This document shows, one piece after another, positions 58,589 to 64,000 of a DNA stretch of 64,000 nucleotides (position 1 is the first letter of the stretch; every line of letters begins with the position of its first letter). This DNA is from an uncultured Candidatus Saccharibacteria bacterium (lineage in GTDB: Bacteria > Patescibacteriota > Minisyncoccia > Phycocordibacterales > UBA9973): NCBI GenBank assembly GCA_964432275.1, contig CAYSMH010000002.1, positions 9,418-73,417 on the forward strand, written 5' to 3'. The notes under the pieces were generated by a model. The model worked only from the letters and a program-made list of their open reading frames with translations. It ran no database searches and was not told the DNA's origin. Made by a program: the position numbers and the translations under genes.

Positions 58589-59002
58589 TTATTTCTTTTG
58601 AGTAGTAAAAACACCTGACAAGCTATAATATAGTACAGCTATAATCGAACTCCCAAAAAACAATGCCTTCAGTATGTTGAAAAAGTCCAGAGAATGAAAT
58701 AATTTTTCAATACTTACATTCATAATAAACATACTCCATAAACCAAACAAAATTATAGCTATACTCAATACATATAAGAGACTCCGAAATAACCTTGCTG
58801 TTGTCGATCGTTCTTTTTGATTCTTTTTTATTTTTGGAGACCCGTACACGACTATTGAAATGGTGATTATACAATAATTGAGTACAAAAAATAATGCAAC
58901 AATTTCCGCAATGTTTTGATTATTGGTAATATATGCAAATATTGCAACTATAATACTTAAACAAAAGAAAAATACACTGATATAAAACTGTTTAATGTTC
59001 AT
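58589..59002 (-). CDS. Hypothetical membrane protein (four TM helices)
   Basis: Hydrophobic AT-rich ORF with TTGACT upstream, hairpin 58559-58581 downstream. Confidence 0.65.
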   Translation of the reverse strand: MNIKQFYISVFFFCLSIIVAIFAYITNNQNIAEIVALFFVLNYCIITISIVVYGSPKIKKNQKERSTTARLFRSLLYVLSIAIILFGLWSMFIMNVSIEKLFHSLDFFNILKALFFGSSIIAVLYYSLSGVFTTQKK

Positions 59003-59139
59003 TTTTTATTTTTTTATAACACTATCATTTTTCTTGCATAAGTCAACACCATTCGACATCTGGAAGGAAAATCAAAAAATGAGTCCGCAAAAAAACAAAC
59101 CCCCTTTTAAAAGGGGGTTTATGTAATCATGTTGTTCGG

Positions 59140-59562
59140 TTAGGCAACGGCCTGATGAGGGGTTGATTCATATTCTTCGATTTCTGTAGTAAATACCACT
59201 CTTCCCTTTTGCCATTTCGCAGTAGGAACAGTAGCAAGTATGAGCTCGGTAAACGAACGTTTGACGTACGGACCAATAGTGATACTTTGAAGTTGAAAAT
59301 AAAAATCGATAACCGTCGTAGGATCCGTAGCAGCATGTGATTTTACAAATCTTTTTGCTGCGGATATCCCACTGGTGCGAATCATATGTTCGATCGATAA
59401 AAAAAGTACTCCTATGGCAACGATATTGCATAGTATGGACACGATTATGGGGTGAATGAGTCCAATACGGATATTCAAAAGTGTTACCAATAGTATCGAA
59501 ATACCGAGTGAAATGCTAGAGCGATACCGCAGCAGACGAATGATTGTTTTCTCTGTATTCAT
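59140..59562 (-). CDS. Hypothetical membrane protein
   Basis: Two TM helices; TTGACA upstream; hairpin 59097-59120. Confidence 0.65.
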   Translation of the reverse strand: MNTEKTIIRLLRYRSSISLGISILLVTLLNIRIGLIHPIIVSILCNIVAIGVLFLSIEHMIRTSGISAAKRFVKSHAATDPTTVIDFYFQLQSITIGPYVKRSFTELILATVPTAKWQKGRVVFTTEIEEYESTPHQAVA

Positions 59563-59682
59563 GTTGTTAATAAGGGGTTTAAGGTTTGTTTCCTCTACAT
59601 TATCATATTATATTTATTTGTCAAGTATTCCCTGTCTCACTTTTTGACAACCGTTATTTATACGATATAGTAAAGAAAAACA

Positions 59683-60150
59683 ATGCTCATGGAAAATCAA
59701 ATAGAAAAACCTGTATACGAAACTGAATCTGCTATTCTTTCTTTTTCAGGAAGTGGTAACCTTTTTCTTTGTGACGACTATAATGCACCTATAAAAATAG
59801 GTAGCATCGTCTATCAATCAGTGCGCGCTGCAATGTTAGCGTACAAAACGAAAAACCCTCGTATAAAAACAAAAATTCGTAACGCAATCACTCCTGCAGA
59901 TCTTAAGGTACTAGAAAGAAGTATTAGTACCCCTTCATATTGGACCAAGGAGTACATTATTGCAAAAATGACTGAGCTTACAATACAAAAATTTATTCAA
60001 CATCCTCAGTTAAAAGCAAAATTCCTTGATACAAAACCTAAATCACTAAAAAACAAAACTGAACCAACACTTCAACGATTTGAGATCGATGAGGTGTGCG
60101 ACGAACAAACATACGCAGACATACTGATGAATGTTCGTGAACAACTCTAA
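59683..60150 (+). CDS. NADAR/YbiA-like protein, apparently degenerate
   Basis: FL..Y.AP, AYKT, W..M..L..QKF.QHPQLK..L.T, ILMNVREQL; terminator 60154-60178. Confidence 0.75.
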   Translation: MLMENQIEKPVYETESAILSFSGSGNLFLCDDYNAPIKIGSIVYQSVRAAMLAYKTKNPRIKTKIRNAITPADLKVLERSISTPSYWTKEYIIAKMTELTIQKFIQHPQLKAKFLDTKPKSLKNKTEPTLQRFEIDEVCDEQTYADILMNVREQL

Positions 60151-60179
60151 ACCAAAACCGCCTTTCGGCGGTTTTTTAA

Positions 60180-60860
60180 TTATGCAATATTTGCTTCTTT
60201 GAGTTCAGTAGGAAGTTCGGTGACAGGTTCCACAGTGATATCTTCGGTACCTCGGCGAGTAAGTGTGCGATACAGGTATGCGAGGAGAAGTGTCGCAAGT
60301 GGGTACGCGACGATGATACCAATACCAAACAGCACCATCCCTACTATCACCAGACACACAACAACAAGTATAGTCAGTAACACCGTCCAAAACACATCTC
60401 GACTGACAAGTCTCCATGAATCCTTGATCGCAGCGATTGCACCGCCTTTGTTATCCACAAGTGAGAGCTGAGAAAACACAAATCGCGTCATGAAATAAAT
60501 ACCAGGAATAATCAAAAGAAAGAATCCACCAATCACCATCAGTGCAGTCAAAAGTGCGACTTTAACAAGAAGAATAAATTGACGAAATGTCGGCAAATGT
60601 TTGCCTAGTGCACGAAACGAAAGCAGATCATGCTTGGCATCTACCGCAGCAAGCGACACAGATAGCCATACGTACGAAAAAATCAGAGACAGTATCATCC
60701 CAGCTATTTGCAAAAGAATATAGCGACCATCCTCGATTTGACCAGGTGCACTAAGAACAATAAGTATCACTGTCATACCTATGTAAAACCAAGGTCGTTC
60801 TTTAAATATGCCCCAGCAGGTACGGAGCGCTGTTTTGATAGAAAAGGTAAATGGAGTCAT
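60180..60860 (-). CDS. Integral membrane protein (DUF975/YciC-like)
   Basis: GFFLLIIPGIY..RF..VD...AIKDSWRL pattern. Confidence 0.8.
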   Translation of the reverse strand: MTPFTFSIKTALRTCWGIFKERPWFYIGMTVILIVLSAPGQIEDGRYILLQIAGMILSLIFSYVWLSVSLAAVDAKHDLLSFRALGKHLPTFRQFILLVKVALLTALMVIGGFFLLIIPGIYFMTRFVFSQLSLVDNKGGAIAAIKDSWRLVSRDVFWTVLLTILVVVCLVIVGMVLFGIGIIVAYPLATLLLAYLYRTLTRRGTEDITVEPVTELPTELKEANIA

Positions 60861-60864
60861 AAAT

Positions 60865-62583
60865 TTAGCGGTCAGGTGGTAGCTCGTAATAGTTACCCAA
60901 GAATTGTACCATATCAAAGAATGGATCACCGAGGGTTTGTATTGCAAAGAGTGCTTCTTTGGGGTAGACGTTAAACAAGTACAAGACAAAACGAGGCTGT
61001 GATGCAGGGAAAAATCCGATAAGTGAGTGTAGGTTACGGTCAGTATAGTAGCCCGTACCATCAGGACGTGCTATCTGTGCGGTTCCTGTCTTTGCGGCCA
61101 CACTATAGTGTGGCAGCCCTCTATCATAGCCTTCATCCACGACTCGCACAAGCATACTTCTAATTGTAGTAATCGTCTCGGGTTTGAGTAACTGCTTACT
61201 CGATGGCTCTGGTTCTATAGTGCGTTCATAACCGCTTTGTTCTATGATCGATGTTGCAATATGTGGCGTTACGAGCTTGCCACCATTGGCAAGTGTTGCA
61301 AATCCGCGCACGATATTGATCGGGCTCGTCGCGATACCCTGTCCAAATGATGCGGCTGCAAAGTTGATATCGTTGCCCCCTTTAATACTACCCACTGAGC
61401 CGTTGACTTCTCCCGGGAGATCGATACCTGTTTTTTCTCCGAGCTTGTATCTATCGACAATATATTCACGGAACTTTTCCTTGCCCATTTTTTGCTCGAC
61501 AAAGATCATGCCAGTGTTGAGAGATTCGTTAAGCACCTGTTGCATAGATACGCCATTACCGCGACCCTTTTTGTCAAAGTTGTTAAGCGTCTTGCCGTCG
61601 ATTGTGACTGACCCCGAGTCGTTATAACTCGTCGTCGGCGTGACAACACCCTCATTAATCGCACCCGCCATTACGAGTGGCTTTACGATGGACCCCATTT
61701 CGTATCGAGCCTGCGCAAAAGGGTTGGTATAGACACTTGGATTTTTAACTCCCCCGTACTCATTGAGATCAAAGGTTGGAACTCCAGCCATAGCAACAAT
61801 CTCCCCGGTATACGGATCCATCACAATACCACCTACTACATCACTACTCCACGCGCGCTCAATACTAGCGATGGTTTGTTCAAGTTGTGACTGTACGGTT
61901 GGCTCAATAGATGTAACCACATCTCCAGTAGATGTTGTGTTTTTAAATACACCACTTTTTACATTGGCAAATATTTCTGCGAAAAAGTTTACATAAAAGT
62001 TGTTCGCATCGCGAGAAAGTATATCGTTGTAGTACTCCTCAAGCCCGTTGTTACCCGAGAGCAGATCCTTCTTGTACGAAACAAAGCCGATCACGCGGGC
62101 CGCTAGATCGTTGCCTGGATAAAAGCGCCATTTCTCTCGATAGAGCGAGACACCTGGGAGTCCGAGCTCAGTGAGACGTGCAGCATTATCTTCAGTAATA
62201 CGGTTTTCTATTTCTTCGTATGGGTCATTTTTCTTGGCAGCTTTGGCAAGAAATACATCACGATCGATTGGAACAATCGCATTGATCAAGTCATACGCAC
62301 GCTCGGGATCAACCAATGTACTTGGATTAATCGCAAGCTTAAACCCGCTCACAACAGTCGCAGCCGCAACTGTTGTCGCGTCTTTGGTAGTCATATAAAT
62401 ATTACCCCGATCAAAACTAGCCGTGGTCGGAGTTATATAGTTGCGCTGTGCTTTTTCTTTATATCCAGTTGTGTTGATGATTTGTAATACAAAAAGACGC
62501 ATCACAACAACAGCTCCGATGCATACAACAACACCAATAAGAGTACGAATACGTGATCGATGTATCGTATTAGCGTCCGACAT
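60865..62583 (-). CDS. ftsI: Class B penicillin-binding protein (FtsI/PBP2)
   Basis: DRGNI, RFYP, GLEEYY, YEMGSIVK (SxxK), SLN, KTGTAQ; after mraZ-rsmH-ftsL. Confidence 0.9.
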   Translation of the reverse strand: MSDANTIHRSRIRTLIGVVVCIGAVVVMRLFVLQIINTTGYKEKAQRNYITPTTASFDRGNIYMTTKDATTVAAATVVSGFKLAINPSTLVDPERAYDLINAIVPIDRDVFLAKAAKKNDPYEEIENRITEDNAARLTELGLPGVSLYREKWRFYPGNDLAARVIGFVSYKKDLLSGNNGLEEYYNDILSRDANNFYVNFFAEIFANVKSGVFKNTTSTGDVVTSIEPTVQSQLEQTIASIERAWSSDVVGGIVMDPYTGEIVAMAGVPTFDLNEYGGVKNPSVYTNPFAQARYEMGSIVKPLVMAGAINEGVVTPTTSYNDSGSVTIDGKTLNNFDKKGRGNGVSMQQVLNESLNTGMIFVEQKMGKEKFREYIVDRYKLGEKTGIDLPGEVNGSVGSIKGGNDINFAAASFGQGIATSPINIVRGFATLANGGKLVTPHIATSIIEQSGYERTIEPEPSSKQLLKPETITTIRSMLVRVVDEGYDRGLPHYSVAAKTGTAQIARPDGTGYYTDRNLHSLIGFFPASQPRFVLYLFNVYPKEALFAIQTLGDPFFDMVQFLGNYYELPPDR

Positions 62584-62911
62584 TCCACGCAACAGCACGC
62601 TGAGATGGTGCAAATGAAATTGTTGAAGGTTCGACAAACCCTTTTTCTCGAGCGTAGCTTTCGGTCAACACTTTTTGTGCAGAGAGAAACTCCAGCTCTT
62701 CTGCTCCCATTGATGAGATAAGTGCGCGTGTTTCCTGCTGCAATTCTTTTTCTTTCACCACTGAAAATGTGATTGCTCCAACGAAATACACATACCCGAC
62801 AAAGAGTACGCCAGCGGCGATCCAAGTATAGAGCGTGATTGATTTCAATGTTTTGTTGATATCAAATGCTCCGTGATGAGCGGTATGGGTATGTCGGAGT
62901 GTGGTGTTCAT
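62570..62911 (-). CDS. FtsL-like cell division protein
   Basis: Single TM + coiled coil, AREKGF; syntenic between rsmH and ftsI. Confidence 0.7.
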   Translation of the reverse strand: MNTTLRHTHTAHHGAFDINKTLKSITLYTWIAAGVLFVGYVYFVGAITFSVVKEKELQQETRALISSMGAEELEFLSAQKVLTESYAREKGFVEPSTISFAPSQRAVAWNVGR

Positions 62912-63780
62912 GCGAAAGTATGTTTTTCTATAATACGAAGTTTTGCGCTTCGTGAACGAGGGTTAGTTGATAATTCAAGAGTACTAGGAATAATAGGTTT
63001 TTTTGTGATAACGCGTTCATGCGATTTCATCCAGTGCTTTACGATACGATCTTCGAGACTATGAAAAGTAATTACGGCGATACGTCCACCTTCGGACAAT
63101 ACGTTCCACCACGCAGTAAGCGCAGTTTCGATCACTGCGAGCTCATCGTTGACCGCGATACGCAGAGCCTGGAAGGTTTTGGTTGCAGGATGTAGCTTGC
63201 CTCGTCGTGGCACACGAGCCAGAATAACTTGTGCAAGGTGTGCAGATGTAGTGATGGGTCCATTTATACGAGCCTCAACTATAGCTTTTGCTATTTTGCG
63301 AGAAGCTCTATCTTCACCATAGGCATAGATAATGTCAGCAATAGACTCTTCGCTCCATTCGTTGACAATATCCCATGCGGTAAATCCAGTGTGCGATCCA
63401 TCCACTGAAAACGTCATACTAAGTGGTGTATCAGACATAAACGAAAATCCTCTTGTATCATCTAGTAGTTGAAATGTGCTCGTCCCTAAATCGAGCAACA
63501 CCTTATCTACCTGTGAGAGTCCTGCTTGTGTGAGGATAGTATCTACGTCTTTGAAGTTGGTATGGACAAAGGTTGCCCGTGATCCAATACGTGTCTGGAA
63601 ACGCTCTCTCGCTGCTTCATCGAGGTCAACACATACGAGTGTAATACCAGGATGTCGCTCAAGTATGGCAGTAGAGTGTCCTCCACCACCAAACGTACCA
63701 TCAACTACTCGATCACTCTCAGAAAGTGCGAGTCCATCAATACTTTCTTCTAAAAGAACCGAGATATGGTGAGTCTGCAT
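62908..63780 (-). CDS. rsmH: 16S rRNA m4C1402 methyltransferase
   Basis: HISVLLEE, DGTFGGGGHS, DLGTS, RGFSF, HPATKTFQALRIAVN, FHSLEDR, NPRSRSAKLR. Confidence 0.97.
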   Translation of the reverse strand: MQTHHISVLLEESIDGLALSESDRVVDGTFGGGGHSTAILERHPGITLVCVDLDEAARERFQTRIGSRATFVHTNFKDVDTILTQAGLSQVDKVLLDLGTSTFQLLDDTRGFSFMSDTPLSMTFSVDGSHTGFTAWDIVNEWSEESIADIIYAYGEDRASRKIAKAIVEARINGPITTSAHLAQVILARVPRRGKLHPATKTFQALRIAVNDELAVIETALTAWWNVLSEGGRIAVITFHSLEDRIVKHWMKSHERVITKKPIIPSTLELSTNPRSRSAKLRIIEKHTFA

Positions 63781-63781
63781 A

Positions 63782-64000
63782 CTAGAGCACTCCTATTCCA
63801 CCAAGTCTCTCTGCGAGTTCGTCTGCACGAGTCTCCACAGTACGCTTGTACATCTTCCATGTATCTTCGTCCCAGAGTTCGACACGAGTATGAACACCGA
63901 CCACTGCTATCTTGCCACTGAGCCCTGCCCTATCCCGCAAGAAATCCGGGATAAGTATGCGTCCGTTTTGATCGACCGAGACTTCAGTTGCACCTCCGAG
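63782..64000 (-). CDS. mraZ: MraZ transcriptional regulator (5' truncated by window)
   Basis: Translates ...VDQNGRILIPDFLR...VVGVHTRVELWD...LGGIGVL*. Confidence 0.93.
   Translation of the reverse strand, partial: LGGATEVSVDQNGRILIPDFLRDRAGLSGKIAVVGVHTRVELWDEDTWKMYKRTVETRADELAERLGGIGVL

Overview
Chromosomal segment of a small-genome bacterium, most likely Patescibacteria/CPR (Parcubacteria-like; inferred from compact genes, a glycolysis/pentose-phosphate cluster, short AspRS/ObgE/PrfA and many ORFans). Genetic code 11: TGA is used as stop, e.g. the scpA/scpB ATGA overlap. The backbone is housekeeping: rplU, recR, dnaB, trpS, aspS, scpAB-mraY-ftsW-murG, lexA, rpmA, rplI, rsmI, prfA, rpmE, rplY, fba, pfkB, split transketolase, rpe, rpiB, gap, gatB, obgE, rmuC, ftsI, rsmH, mraZ, plus tRNA-Ile(GAT) and tRNA-Glu(CTC). 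AT-rich single-gene ORFan units with their own TTGAC promoter and terminator are interspersed. Most notable: (1) an ~8 kb integrase-less island behind tRNA-Glu, subdivided by repeated degenerate tRNA-3'-like sites, including two homologous units with exact 74-nt repeat spacing; (2) a ~220-nt structured ncRNA candidate near 7.2 kb; (3) apparently leaderless core genes versus leadered ORFan cassettes, some carrying domains resembling the RNAP alpha-CTD, the DnaK lid or a degenerate NADAR; (4) an SOS-box-controlled operon with two paralogous small proteins ahead of lexA; (5) a gene inserted with a diverged duplicate of the gap 3' end. All calls come from motif reading by eye; no database searches were run.
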